A stretch of DNA of 64,000 nucleotides from a bacterium (GTDB taxonomy: Bacteria; Zhuqueibacterota; Zhuqueibacteria; Oceanimicrobiales; Oceanimicrobiaceae). Where the stretch lies: assembly GCA_046757525.1 (NCBI GenBank), contig JBHHYI010000001.1, positions 96,001-160,000 on the forward strand, written 5' to 3'. Made by a program: the position numbers and the translations under genes. The notes below the pieces were generated by a model. That model searched no databases. It had not been told where the DNA came from and saw nothing but the letters and a program-made list of their open reading frames with translations. Shown in pieces: positions 45,047 to 54,697 of the stretch (position 1 is its first letter; each line of letters starts with the position of its first letter).

Positions 45047-45316
45047 ATGACGACGGATTTCGTACTTTATTGGGGGCAACAAACTGTTAAGACTGCGCTG
45101 CTAATCACGGCACCGATTTTGATTGGCGGCATGCTGGTTGGCCTGATCATCGGAATCTTTCAGGCAGTCACACAGATACACGAAATGACTCTGTCGTTTA
45201 TTCCCAAGATGGCGGTCGTCATTCTCATCATTCTCTTTTTGATGCCGTGGATGTTGGGTGTCTTGACCGATTTTGCCAGCCATGCATTTTCGCAAATATC
45301 TGTGATTTCTCATTGA
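45047..45316 (+). CDS. fliQ: export gate FliQ
   Basis: FQAVTQIHEMTLSFIPK; GGAGG RBS. Confidence 0.97.
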   Translation: MTTDFVLYWGQQTVKTALLITAPILIGGMLVGLIIGIFQAVTQIHEMTLSFIPKMAVVILIILFLMPWMLGVLTDFASHAFSQISVISH

Positions 45317-45317
45317 G

Positions 45318-46103
45318 ATGCTCAACGAAATATTAGCACTGTCGAATCAACAATTCGTCGCTTTTTTTTTGGCCTTTTTGCGTATATTGGCGCTGATTTT
45401 TGTTGCACCAATTTTAGGCTCCAGGTCGATTCCAATTCAAAGCAAGATTTTTTTTGCGATGTTTTTGTCGATTTGTGTTTGGCCGCTGATCAAGAACCAG
45501 CCAGTGACGCCGAATTTAGAGTTGACCGCGCTGACCTTTCTGTCGGCGCGGGAAGTATTGTTGGGGTTGTTCTTTGGGTACAATGCCAAGCTGATCTTCG
45601 AGGGTTTTCAGTTTGCAGGTCGATTGATTGGAAATCAAATGGGGTTAGGAGTTGCCGAGTTAATAGACCCGGAGAGCGGTGTACAGGTCTCTTCAATAGG
45701 CAACTTCTATAACCTCATCGGTGTTGTTCTTTTCTTAACGCTGAACGGGCATCACTACCTTCTCACGGCGCTGTACAAAAGCTTCGAGATAGCCCCGGTG
45801 GGTTCAGGCCGATTGGTGAGTGTTCTCGCAAAAGAGCGACTGCTGTCGAATTTTGACGACATTTTCACCGTTGCCATTAAGCTTGCGGCGCCATCGATGG
45901 CCGTTTTGTTTCTTATTGAAGTCGGCATGGGAATTTTAGCAAGGATTGTTCCGCAAATGAATATATTTTTTATCGGGTTACCCGTTAGACTCGGGTTAGG
46001 GATGTTCATTCTCGTGGCTTCACTCCCGATGTTTTATATTCTTTTCCAGACTATTCTTAAAGCATGGCAAGGAAAAGTCACTGGTTTAATGCTGCTATTT
46101 TAG
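45318..46103 (+). CDS. fliR: export gate FliR
   Basis: AGRLIGNQMGL, NGHH, PQMNIF. Confidence 0.96.
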   Translation: MLNEILALSNQQFVAFFLAFLRILALIFVAPILGSRSIPIQSKIFFAMFLSICVWPLIKNQPVTPNLELTALTFLSAREVLLGLFFGYNAKLIFEGFQFAGRLIGNQMGLGVAELIDPESGVQVSSIGNFYNLIGVVLFLTLNGHHYLLTALYKSFEIAPVGSGRLVSVLAKERLLSNFDDIFTVAIKLAAPSMAVLFLIEVGMGILARIVPQMNIFFIGLPVRLGLGMFILVASLPMFYILFQTILKAWQGKVTGLMLLF

Positions 46104-46114
46104 GAGTAATCATC

Positions 46115-47005
46115 ATGGAATTAATTATTGAAGAATTAGATTCTAAGCTCATTGGGAAGAAATTAGGGCAAAACCTCTACAATTCAAAGGGGAGCCTGCT
46201 GTTGCGCAAGGGGGCAGAAATCGAGATGTTGCATTTTGCCCATCTCAAGAGTCTGGGTTACCAGAGTGTCTATGTGCTCAATGGTAATTCCGCAGATTTG
46301 GACCAGGATGGGGAAATTATTTCCGGGCACCTGCGTGCGAAGGGGCCGCACGAGCTCAAAGGCATCTTTAGAAAGTTGCTGACGGATGACAGAAGACAGA
46401 TTGCAACCGCGAAAAAAGAGGTTTTCGTGTTAGCGGAAAATATACTCAAATCAGTTAATTTGAAAAAGCACGAGGGATCGAAGATCCTGGACTTAAAAAG
46501 ACAGGGGGATTATCTCTGTCAACATTCAATCAATGTGGCTGCTTACTCAATCCTCATCGGCACCTGTCTGTCCTACCATCAGTTGAAATTGTCTGATTTG
46601 GCCGTGGCAGCTTTATTGCACGATTTTGGCATGCTATTCATAGACGAATCGCTGTTAAATAAGTCGACGGCACTAACTGAAAGCGAATCAGAATTAATCA
46701 AAGAGCACACGGTAAAGGGCTTTCAACACCTGGGCCGCAATTGTTCCTTTAAAGGCCTGGTTACGGTCGTGGCCTTGCAACATCATGAACGCTACGATGG
46801 CCTTGGTTATCCCAAAGGTTTAGTCGGCGAGGAACCGCACGAATTTTCGCGTATCGTTGCCCTGGCCAATTTTTTTGACGCGTACACCTCAGACCGACCC
46901 TATCGCCGCATGCATACCATTGACGCTGCGTTGCAGGTCATTCAAGATGAAGTGGGCACGGCATTTGATCCTAACCTGGTGCAGCATTTCTTGAAGTATT
47001 TCTAA
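46115..47005 (+). CDS. HD-GYP domain protein (possibly degenerate)
   Basis: HSINVA, LHDFG, HHERYDGLGYP, RPYR; AGGAG RBS. Confidence 0.9.
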   Translation: MELIIEELDSKLIGKKLGQNLYNSKGSLLLRKGAEIEMLHFAHLKSLGYQSVYVLNGNSADLDQDGEIISGHLRAKGPHELKGIFRKLLTDDRRQIATAKKEVFVLAENILKSVNLKKHEGSKILDLKRQGDYLCQHSINVAAYSILIGTCLSYHQLKLSDLAVAALLHDFGMLFIDESLLNKSTALTESESELIKEHTVKGFQHLGRNCSFKGLVTVVALQHHERYDGLGYPKGLVGEEPHEFSRIVALANFFDAYTSDRPYRRMHTIDAALQVIQDEVGTAFDPNLVQHFLKYF

Positions 47006-47014
47006 TCGAAAATC

Positions 47015-48082
47015 ATGGCGGAAGATTCTTTTCAGGAAAAAACCGAACAGGCAACTCCAAAACAGTTAGAGAAAGCCCGTGAAGAAGGAAATGTTGCCAA
47101 AAGCGCAGAACTGAACTCCGTTTTTGTCCTTTTTATTGGGCTCATGATCCTCTATTTCTTGAGTGGAAAGATTTTAAGTCAATCCGTCGACCTCTTCAAG
47201 TTTTTTTACAGTCAGGCAGGTCACGTCGCGATCAATCAAAGCAGCATCCTGTACTACTTTACCCTGTGTTTAAAATTTTTGGTTAGTCTGGTGACGCCTC
47301 TCGTGATTGGTCTCATAGTTGTGGGCTTAGGGGTAAATTGGGCACAGTTTGGATTTTTGTTTAGCACCAAGCCGCTTACACCAAACTTCCAAAAAATCAA
47401 TCCCATTTCAGGACTCAAGAATTTTGTTTCCCTCAAGTCGTTGGTCGAGTTGTTGAAAGGAATCATCAAGATCACCGTTGTAGGGCTTATCGCCTACCGT
47501 ACGATTTCGAACCAGCAGGAACGCTACCTTCTTCTGATGAATGAAAGCGTTGGCAATATTTTGAAATTCATCGGCTCCACAGTGTTCAAGGTGGCTATGA
47601 ATACGACCGCGGCTTTGTTGTTTTTAGCTGTTTTAGATTTCTTATATCAGAGGTGGCAGTACAAAAAGGACCTGATGATGTCCAAACAGGATGTGAAAGA
47701 AGAGCAGAAGGAATCTGAAGGGAACCCGCTGATTAAGAGCGCCATCCGCAGCCTGCAACGGGCACGTGCCAGACAGCGCATGATGGATGCTGTGCCCCAG
47801 GCAGATGTGGTCGTGACCAACCCGACCCGCTTAGCCATCGCACTGAAGTATGATCCGGAGGCTATGGACGCGCCAGTGGTCCTGGCAAAAGGCTCCAGAC
47901 TCATCGCTGCCAGAATTAAAGAAATCGCGCAAAAACACGGTATCCCAATCTATGAGAACAAACCTCTGGCACAATCGCTGTTCAAAATCAGCAAGGTTGG
48001 TCAACAGATTCCTTTTGAACTTTTTCACGTTGTGGCAGAAGTGTTCGCTTACGTTTATCAGCTAAAACAGAACAAGAACTAA
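47015..48082 (+). CDS. flhB: export switch protein FlhB
   Basis: KTEQAT, KESEGNP, VVTNPTR, AP.VLAKG. Confidence 0.97.
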   Translation: MAEDSFQEKTEQATPKQLEKAREEGNVAKSAELNSVFVLFIGLMILYFLSGKILSQSVDLFKFFYSQAGHVAINQSSILYYFTLCLKFLVSLVTPLVIGLIVVGLGVNWAQFGFLFSTKPLTPNFQKINPISGLKNFVSLKSLVELLKGIIKITVVGLIAYRTISNQQERYLLLMNESVGNILKFIGSTVFKVAMNTTAALLFLAVLDFLYQRWQYKKDLMMSKQDVKEEQKESEGNPLIKSAIRSLQRARARQRMMDAVPQADVVVTNPTRLAIALKYDPEAMDAPVVLAKGSRLIAARIKEIAQKHGIPIYENKPLAQSLFKISKVGQQIPFELFHVVAEVFAYVYQLKQNKN

Positions 48083-48156
48083 TACAACCCTTAACAGGAA
48101 GAACGCACCTTTTGTACGGTTATCCACTTTGAGCTAACTTCTATTTTTAGAATAGC

Positions 48157-50247
48157 ATGAATAGTCGCCAGCTAAACTCGGGCAGATCCGCTTTACAGGT
48201 TGTCATCCAGCGCACGGATATTTTTCTTGCTGTGGCTGTGGTCTCCATTTTGATATTCATGATCATCCCGCTGCCCAGCTTCTTTTTAGATATTCTGCTC
48301 GCTCTGAACATCCTGTTTTCTTTGATGATTCTACTGGTGCCCATGTACGCCATTAAGCCACTGGAGTTTTCCGTCTTCCCCGGCATTTTATTGCTCATCA
48401 CCCTCTTTCGCCTTTCTCTTAACGTGGCGTCCACGCGGTTAATCTTAGGGGAGGCCTTCGCCGGCGAAATCATCCAGGCTTTTGGAAGCTTTGTGGTGAA
48501 GGGCAATTATGTGGTAGGATTGGTCATCTTCATCATACTGATAACGATTAATTTTGTGGTAATCACCAAAGGCGCGGGAAGAATCGCGGAAGTAACGGCG
48601 AGGTTTACCTTGGATGCCATGCCCGGCAAACAAATGGCTATCGATGCCGACTTGAACGCAGGTTTGATCGACGAAAAAGAAGCCAGAGCCCGCCGGGACG
48701 AGATCCGAAAAGAGGCCGATTTTTATGGGGCCATGGATGGGGCCAGCAAATTTGTGCGCGGCGATGCGGTTGCCGGTCTTTTGATCACAGCCGTCAATAT
48801 CCTGGGCGGCCTTGTCATCGGGGTTGTGCAGCTAAAAATGAGCTTGCAAGAAGCCTTGACCACCTATACCATCCTGACGGTAGGAGATGGCCTTGTGTCG
48901 CAGATTCCGGCGCTCATCATTTCCACGGCGGCCGGTATTATTGTCTCCAAAGCTTCTTCTGAATACAGCCTGGCCCAGAGCCTGGTAAACCAGTTTCTGG
49001 CAAAGTCCAAACCCATCTATATCGCCGCCGGCGTTCTGTTTGTGCTGGGATTCGTCCCTGGACTCCCCACACTACCTTTTTTCACCTTGGGAGTTATTAC
49101 GGGTGGGATTGGCTACTTCACCACGGGAATGGTCTCTGAAATGATGCGCGAAACCGAAGAGGAAGGTGAGGAGGAAGTAGCGCCCTCGCAAAAAGATAGG
49201 GTTGAGAACTACTTACATGTCGACCCCCTCGAAATTGAAATTGGCTACAGCTTGATCCCGCTCATTGACGTCAATCAAGGTGGAGACCTCCTGGACAGCC
49301 TGACCATGATTCGAAAGCAGATTGCTCAGGAACTTGGCATCATCGTGCCACCCATCCGCATCCGCGACAATGTGCAATTGAAGTCCAACCAATATGTGAT
49401 CAGAATCAAGGGTAACCAAGTTGCTCAGGGTGAGGTCATGAACGGATATTATCTGGCACTCACACCGGATGGCGCATCCGATGAACTGGAAGGCATAAAG
49501 ACCATAGACCCCACCTTCAACATGCCCGCTTACTGGCTCAATGAAGAGCAAAAAGACAAAGCCGAGATGAAGGGGTATACCGTTGTTGAAGCGTCGGCAG
49601 TCATCGGCACCCATTTAATGGAAGTGCTTAAAACCAACGCTTACAGAATAATAGATCGGCAGGCGGTGCAGAATCTTCTGGACAGTTTTAAGGTAGAGCA
49701 CCCCGCTGTTGTGGAGGAGTTGGTCCCTAATCTGCTGTCGGTGGGGGTCATTCAGAATGTCTTGAGGAATCTCCTGAAGGAGCACATTCCAATTAGAGAT
49801 TTGACTACCATCCTCGAGTTGTTAGCGGATTACGCGCCTTTGACCAAAGATCCGGAACTGTTGACTGAGAACGTGCGGGTAGCCCTGTTTGAAACCATCA
49901 CCAATCTGTACAAAGATGATGATGGCACGCTGACAGCGATCACCCTGGATCCCAGATTAGAGAACTATGTTACGCAGCAGTTGGAAGGTGGCAAACGCCC
50001 CCGGCAAAACTTCGACTTGCCGCCGACCGCGGTGAACGAGATATTCTCCGGAGCCGCAAACAAAATGCAGCAGTTGATTGCCACCATCGGCAAGGCCGTG
50101 CTGGTGACAAGTCCAGCAATTCGCCGTTACGTTAAGCGTTTCTTTGAGCCAGTCCTGCCCAAACTGATCGTTTTGTCCTATGCAGAATTGTCCCCGGAGT
50201 TGCAAATTAATTCAATAGGCAGTATTGGAATCTCCAACTATGATTAA
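48157..50247 (+). CDS. flhA: export apparatus FlhA
   Basis: RFTLDAMPGKQMAIDADL, FYGAMDGASKFVRGDA, TVGDGLVSQIP. Confidence 0.98.
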   Translation: MNSRQLNSGRSALQVVIQRTDIFLAVAVVSILIFMIIPLPSFFLDILLALNILFSLMILLVPMYAIKPLEFSVFPGILLLITLFRLSLNVASTRLILGEAFAGEIIQAFGSFVVKGNYVVGLVIFIILITINFVVITKGAGRIAEVTARFTLDAMPGKQMAIDADLNAGLIDEKEARARRDEIRKEADFYGAMDGASKFVRGDAVAGLLITAVNILGGLVIGVVQLKMSLQEALTTYTILTVGDGLVSQIPALIISTAAGIIVSKASSEYSLAQSLVNQFLAKSKPIYIAAGVLFVLGFVPGLPTLPFFTLGVITGGIGYFTTGMVSEMMRETEEEGEEEVAPSQKDRVENYLHVDPLEIEIGYSLIPLIDVNQGGDLLDSLTMIRKQIAQELGIIVPPIRIRDNVQLKSNQYVIRIKGNQVAQGEVMNGYYLALTPDGASDELEGIKTIDPTFNMPAYWLNEEQKDKAEMKGYTVVEASAVIGTHLMEVLKTNAYRIIDRQAVQNLLDSFKVEHPAVVEELVPNLLSVGVIQNVLRNLLKEHIPIRDLTTILELLADYAPLTKDPELLTENVRVALFETITNLYKDDDGTLTAITLDPRLENYVTQQLEGGKRPRQNFDLPPTAVNEIFSGAANKMQQLIATIGKAVLVTSPAIRRYVKRFFEPVLPKLIVLSYAELSPELQINSIGSIGISNYD

Positions 50248-51364
50248 GAAATTCAAAGCCCCGAACATGAAAGACGCCATGAAAATGGTCAAGGAGAGTT
50301 TGGGCGAGAATGCCGTGATCCTGCAGACCCGTAAGATCAACCGTGGCGGCTTGTTTGACATTATGAACCCGCAAATGGTCGAGATCACTGCCATCGCCGA
50401 GAACCAGCACGTCACACCACCGGCCGCCAACAAACTGCCCAAAGGGGTCTATTCGCCCCCATCGGTAGTCAAGCGGCTGAGGGGCACCAATACCAACCAC
50501 CTGGCGACAGCAATCAAAGCGGAGTTGAAAGACCTGAAGGACGCCGTCATTCAAGTGTCCGATTATTTGCATTTTTCAAAAATGCTTTTGCTGCCAGAGT
50601 CGTTTCGTTATTTGGTGAACCGAAAAGGCGTGGATGAGGATTTGGCTGTTGAGTTGGTGCAAAAAGTCATCTTTAAACTCAGCGGCGACGAATTGCAGGA
50701 CAAAAGCACGATAAAGGAGGCTTTGTCACAACAAATCAAGGACTGTCTGAAAGTAGCTGGCAAGATCAAATCAGTTCCGGGCAGGCCCAAGATCGTTTTG
50801 CTTGTAGGACCTACGGGCATGGGGAAAACGACCACCATAATCAAGCTGGCCACCCACCCGCAGTTTTATGGCAGCCAAAGGGTTGCCCTGATCACCATTG
50901 ACACTTACCGCGTTGCAGCGGCCGCCCAGCTCAAAACCTTCGCCACTCTGGCAAAATTGCCGTTGGAAGTCGTTTACGAGCCGGAAGATTTCGCCAGGGC
51001 GCTGGAGGCTTTCAAATCGTACGCTGTCATACTGGTCGATACGGCGGGGCGCAGCCCCCTGAACGAAAAGCACTTACAGGATCTAAAATCTTTCTTGACG
51101 GTAGGCGTGCCGGACGAGGTGCATCTGGTTCTGTCGGTATCCATGCGCGCCGACAATCTCCTGGATGCCGCGCGGAATTTTTCGTCTTTGCCGGTCAGCC
51201 AACTGATATTCTCAAAATTGGATGAAACGCCTCGAATCGGTAATATTCTGAATGTGGCACAGAAACTCGACTTGCCCATTTCATTCTTGACAAACGGGCA
51301 AAACGTCCCGGAGGATATTCTCCTGGCCAAAAAAAATTACCTGGCCGATTGTATTCTTGGTTAG
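50240..51364 (+). CDS. flhF: SRP-family GTPase FlhF
   Basis: GPTGMGKTTT, DTYRVAA, DTAGRS, SKLDE, GQNVPED. Confidence 0.96.
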   Translation: MIKKFKAPNMKDAMKMVKESLGENAVILQTRKINRGGLFDIMNPQMVEITAIAENQHVTPPAANKLPKGVYSPPSVVKRLRGTNTNHLATAIKAELKDLKDAVIQVSDYLHFSKMLLLPESFRYLVNRKGVDEDLAVELVQKVIFKLSGDELQDKSTIKEALSQQIKDCLKVAGKIKSVPGRPKIVLLVGPTGMGKTTTIIKLATHPQFYGSQRVALITIDTYRVAAAAQLKTFATLAKLPLEVVYEPEDFARALEAFKSYAVILVDTAGRSPLNEKHLQDLKSFLTVGVPDEVHLVLSVSMRADNLLDAARNFSSLPVSQLIFSKLDETPRIGNILNVAQKLDLPISFLTNGQNVPEDILLAKKNYLADCILG

Positions 51365-51416
51365 AATTTGCCGATATGAATGATGTGGCAGAATTTACGA
51401 AATTGGTGCCGTAGCG

Positions 51417-51611
51417 GTGAACAAGTTTATCCTCAAATTCAGTTTGTTTGTGGCAATCCTTACCCTGGTATGTTGCATGATATCCAGTATCTCGTTGCAG
51501 GAAAGCCTCTTCAGAGCCCTGTTGGTCTTTGCCGGTGCGTATGCCGTTCTCGTTGCCTTTTTCATAGGGCTTAAGCTCATTCTAAATGCCAAACAAACTA
51601 AAAGGAGCTGA
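51417..51611 (+). CDS. small two-TM membrane protein
   Basis: Two hydrophobic segments; fills flhF-fliA gap. Confidence 0.65.
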   Translation: MNKFILKFSLFVAILTLVCCMISSISLQESLFRALLVFAGAYAVLVAFFIGLKLILNAKQTKRS

Positions 51612-51613
51612 AA

Positions 51614-52381
51614 TTGGAAAGTGAAGAGTTGGTTAAGGCCTACAAGAGAAACCCTGAGCCTGAACTGCGGGAACAAGTGGTGGTTCAGTTTCTGCCAATT
51701 GTGAAATATGTCATCGGCCGAATGCATTTGACGGTCAAGAACAAAGCTGAGATAGAAGACATCCATAGCGCTGGAATTTTGGGGCTGCTCCATGCCCTCG
51801 AAGATTTTGACGTGGCCAGAAACACGAAATTCAAGACTTACGCGACCTGGAGAGTGCGCGGCTTTATTCTGGATTATTTGCGGCAAATTGATTTCCTGAG
51901 TAGAACCGATCGGGCCAAGATTCGGGCCATTGAAAGAGTGATCGCCGAGCTGACCCAGAAATACGGTCGCGAGCCTTCCAACCAGGAAATAGCCCAGGAA
52001 ATAGACGTGGACCTGACAGAATTCAATCGCTTGCTGGAATTGACCCAGTTGAATTTCATCGTCCCGTTTGACCAAAAACAGGCGCTGAACGACGAGCAAA
52101 TAACCTTGAGCGAAGTCATTGCCGATGAATCCAATGAAGGCCCGTTCGAACAATCCAGTAAAAGTGATCTTTTGAATCTGGTAAAAGAGGCCATCGGCAA
52201 CTTGCCAGAACGGCTCAGGCTCATCGTTCTCATGTATTACAACGACGAAATGACTTTGGCAGAGATCGGAAAGGTCTTGTGTCTTTCTGAGTCTCGGGTG
52301 AGCAGACTGCTCGGGAAAGCCTTGCTTTCCATTCGTCAGGAAATCCTCGAAATCAATGTTCCAAGCAAAGTTCCCATTTAG
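51614..52381 (+). CDS. fliA: sigma28 (FliA/WhiG family)
   Basis: KFKTYATWRVRGFILDYLR, TLAEIGKVL.LSESRVS. Confidence 0.95.
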   Translation: MESEELVKAYKRNPEPELREQVVVQFLPIVKYVIGRMHLTVKNKAEIEDIHSAGILGLLHALEDFDVARNTKFKTYATWRVRGFILDYLRQIDFLSRTDRAKIRAIERVIAELTQKYGREPSNQEIAQEIDVDLTEFNRLLELTQLNFIVPFDQKQALNDEQITLSEVIADESNEGPFEQSSKSDLLNLVKEAIGNLPERLRLIVLMYYNDEMTLAEIGKVLCLSESRVSRLLGKALLSIRQEILEINVPSKVPI

Positions 52382-52398
52382 AAGGAAGGTGATGCGAC

Positions 52399-52668
52399 AT
52401 GTCCGATTTGGTGATTCCCAGGAATTTACCAAACGCCAATCCCATCGACAAGGTTGAACAAACCCAAAAGTCGCAACAAAACGACGAGCAGAAAAAAACA
52501 GACCAGGACAAGCGCAACAAGAAGCGTCATAAACAACAGAAAGCTCCGGAACAAGACCAGGACCGCGTCTTCATCTCATCACCCACTGCGGTTACAAAAG
52601 CCCGTAAGCAGGGAAAAAAAGGGCCCAAAAAGCTGGGCAAAGGGGACATAATAGATATTCAAGTATGA
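52399..52668 (+). CDS. small charged protein ending LGKGDIIDIQV
   Basis: GGAAGG RBS; Q/K-rich; DRVFIS motif. Confidence 0.7.
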   Translation: MSDLVIPRNLPNANPIDKVEQTQKSQQNDEQKKTDQDKRNKKRHKQQKAPEQDQDRVFISSPTAVTKARKQGKKGPKKLGKGDIIDIQV

Positions 52669-53726
52669 ATTGTGCGTTTCACAGAATGATGGCCTATTTG
52701 GCACTTCCCGTTTGGACCTTGTGTTCTTGCGCAGTTGGCGCCAGAGGTGCAGAGCTTTTGGACATCCGCACCGGGTTTCACCAGTCTTACTCGCGGTTGG
52801 TCCTGCAGTTTGATTCAAAGGTAAACTACGAGGTGTCAAAGGAGCTCGAGGAGGGCAAGATCGCGGTTAACCTTCAGCCGGTGACAATCACCTCGGATTT
52901 TGGACCAACCCCGGTGGAAGCCGATGACCTGTTTTTGCGACAAGTCCATTACAGACATTCTTCACACCGGCTAACGGTGACGTTATTGTTGAGAACCTCG
53001 AACATCCGGTTGGTTGAATACACTTTGGAAAGACCGTACCGGCTGGTCATCGACCTGCACCAGGGCAATTTCTCTGAAGAACTGAAGCAGGACAGCTCGT
53101 TCGTTCCTCCTGCACCTGCGGCTCCGGAAATGCCAGTGGCAACCGACTCGTCTTCTTTAACACTGATAGACACGCTCAAGGATAGCGAAGCCACTCTGCA
53201 CACAAGCGAGATTCTTTTGAACCATCCTCCAATGAAAAGCTCGGTTCAAATCGGGCCCCGTGGCAGCAGAATCCGTATGTTTCTGGGGGTCACAATCATT
53301 CTTGTCTTAATAGATATTTTGATCTTTCTTTTTTACAAGATAAGGAAGAGCCGAATCCACAACTCTTCGGAAGATTCAAAAAAAACACAAACAACGGTCG
53401 CGCGCCCCGGGGCTGAAGCCAACCCCCACTTCAAAGCCGTGTTGGGTATGATGGTGAAAGATGAGCACACCCACAAGACCAGTGTCGCCGATTTCCGAAA
53501 GGCAAATGGTCAGCAGGCTGCGGACCTGTCGGCCCGACTTGAATCTTTGTCCAGAGTGCTCTTTTCAGGACGTTCCGCTACCCGTCTCGGTCTCGATCCT
53601 GAGGACCTCAGTGAGGGCATGGGAGAGTTGGAAGCTGCTTCAGGCATCCCCAAGGAATTCTGGATCGGTCGAGATGGCATCGAGTTTGTCAACAACATCA
53701 AGAAACTCAACATGAACATGAATTGA
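52665..53726 (+). CDS. bitopic membrane protein with N-terminal AMIN-like domain
   Basis: Signal-like N-terminus; IRTGFHQSYSRLVLQFD...LERPYRLVIDL; TM near aa 205-226. Confidence 0.7.
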   Translation: MNCAFHRMMAYLALPVWTLCSCAVGARGAELLDIRTGFHQSYSRLVLQFDSKVNYEVSKELEEGKIAVNLQPVTITSDFGPTPVEADDLFLRQVHYRHSSHRLTVTLLLRTSNIRLVEYTLERPYRLVIDLHQGNFSEELKQDSSFVPPAPAAPEMPVATDSSSLTLIDTLKDSEATLHTSEILLNHPPMKSSVQIGPRGSRIRMFLGVTIILVLIDILIFLFYKIRKSRIHNSSEDSKKTQTTVARPGAEANPHFKAVLGMMVKDEHTHKTSVADFRKANGQQAADLSARLESLSRVLFSGRSATRLGLDPEDLSEGMGELEAASGIPKEFWIGRDGIEFVNNIKKLNMNMN

Positions 53727-53727
53727 A

Positions 53728-53774
53728 GTAGTAAAAACTACCAAACCGTTCGGGTTTTCTGGTAAAAACTCCCA
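53728..53774. promoter_or_regulatory. putative activator enhancer for the flgF promoter
   Basis: GTAAAAACTACCA(53731) and GTAAAAACTCCCA(53762), 31 bp apart. Confidence 0.65.
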
Positions 53775-53860
53775 CCGACCTTCAACAATTTGTCCTTTTC
53801 TGACCTCTTCTTAATTCAATAATAATAAATTACTTACTCGCCTCCACGGCTGGTTGATTT

Positions 53861-53880
53861 GTGCCTGGCACATTAGTTGC
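53861..53880 (+). promoter_or_regulatory. sigma54 promoter (flgF operon)
   Basis: TGGCAC-ATTAG-TTGC; 19/20 identical to the flgB promoter. Confidence 0.9.
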
Positions 53881-53911
53881 GCAAATGTGCAAAAAAAACA
53901 GGAAATCAACG

Positions 53912-54658
53912 ATGTTAAAAGGACTTGAATTGACGGGCCGTTCAATGGCGACGAGAATGGCTCAAATGGACGCGATCACCAACAATCTGGCAAATATTAG
54001 CACCAGGGGTTTTAAGAGAGACATGGTGTTTATTCACAGCGTTGCTGAAAACCTGCGCCAGATTGACCGAAAGGACGGCTCCGTTCAGCACCGAACTGTT
54101 GCGTCCACTACTCTGGACTTGACCCAGGGTAGTTTGGTGGGTACGGAACGGCCTCTGGATCTGGCCATCTCGGGTGACGGCTTTTTCGTGGTTGAGACTT
54201 CCGAGGGCGCGGCCTACACTCGAAACGGGCAATTCACGCTGAATGCAGAGGGGGTCTTGACCACTTTAGACGGGAAGGTTGTTTTGGGCGAAGGGGGCGC
54301 CATTGAAATAAACATCGATCAAAAAACACCAAATCAGATTCTAATCAATGAGCAGGGAGAAATTCTGCTCGATGGCAACCTGATAGACAAATTGCAGATT
54401 GTAGCCCCGGAAAATCCGAACAAGCTGCTTAAGGCGGGTGCTAATCTTTTCAAGTTGGCAGATGAGACCACTTCCATGCAGCCGGTCGAGTTGGTTTCGG
54501 TGAAACAGGGCTTTCTCGAAGAATCCAATGTCAACCCAATGTTGGAAATGATTGCCATGATGGAAAACTTGCAGCACTTTCAAATGGATCAGAAGATCAT
54601 CAAGACAGAAGATGAAATGCTGGGCCGTGCTGCAAACAACATCGGAAGGGTGACCTAA
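53912..54658 (+). CDS. flgF: rod protein FlgF
   Basis: NNLANISTRGFK, DLAISGDGFF, YTRNG, EESNVN; precedes flgG. Confidence 0.93.
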   Translation: MLKGLELTGRSMATRMAQMDAITNNLANISTRGFKRDMVFIHSVAENLRQIDRKDGSVQHRTVASTTLDLTQGSLVGTERPLDLAISGDGFFVVETSEGAAYTRNGQFTLNAEGVLTTLDGKVVLGEGGAIEINIDQKTPNQILINEQGEILLDGNLIDKLQIVAPENPNKLLKAGANLFKLADETTSMQPVELVSVKQGFLEESNVNPMLEMIAMMENLQHFQMDQKIIKTEDEMLGRAANNIGRVT

Positions 54659-54697
54659 GCTAACCACAGTCATTGAACTAACTCAGAAGAGGACGAA

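Noticed and set aside
28596..50247. Non-flagellar type III secretion system
   Set aside because: Rod, hook, P/L rings, stators and hook-filament junction genes identify a flagellum.
51370..51377. sigma28 -10-like GCCGATAT upstream of fliA
   Set aside because: No acceptable -35 element at the right spacing.
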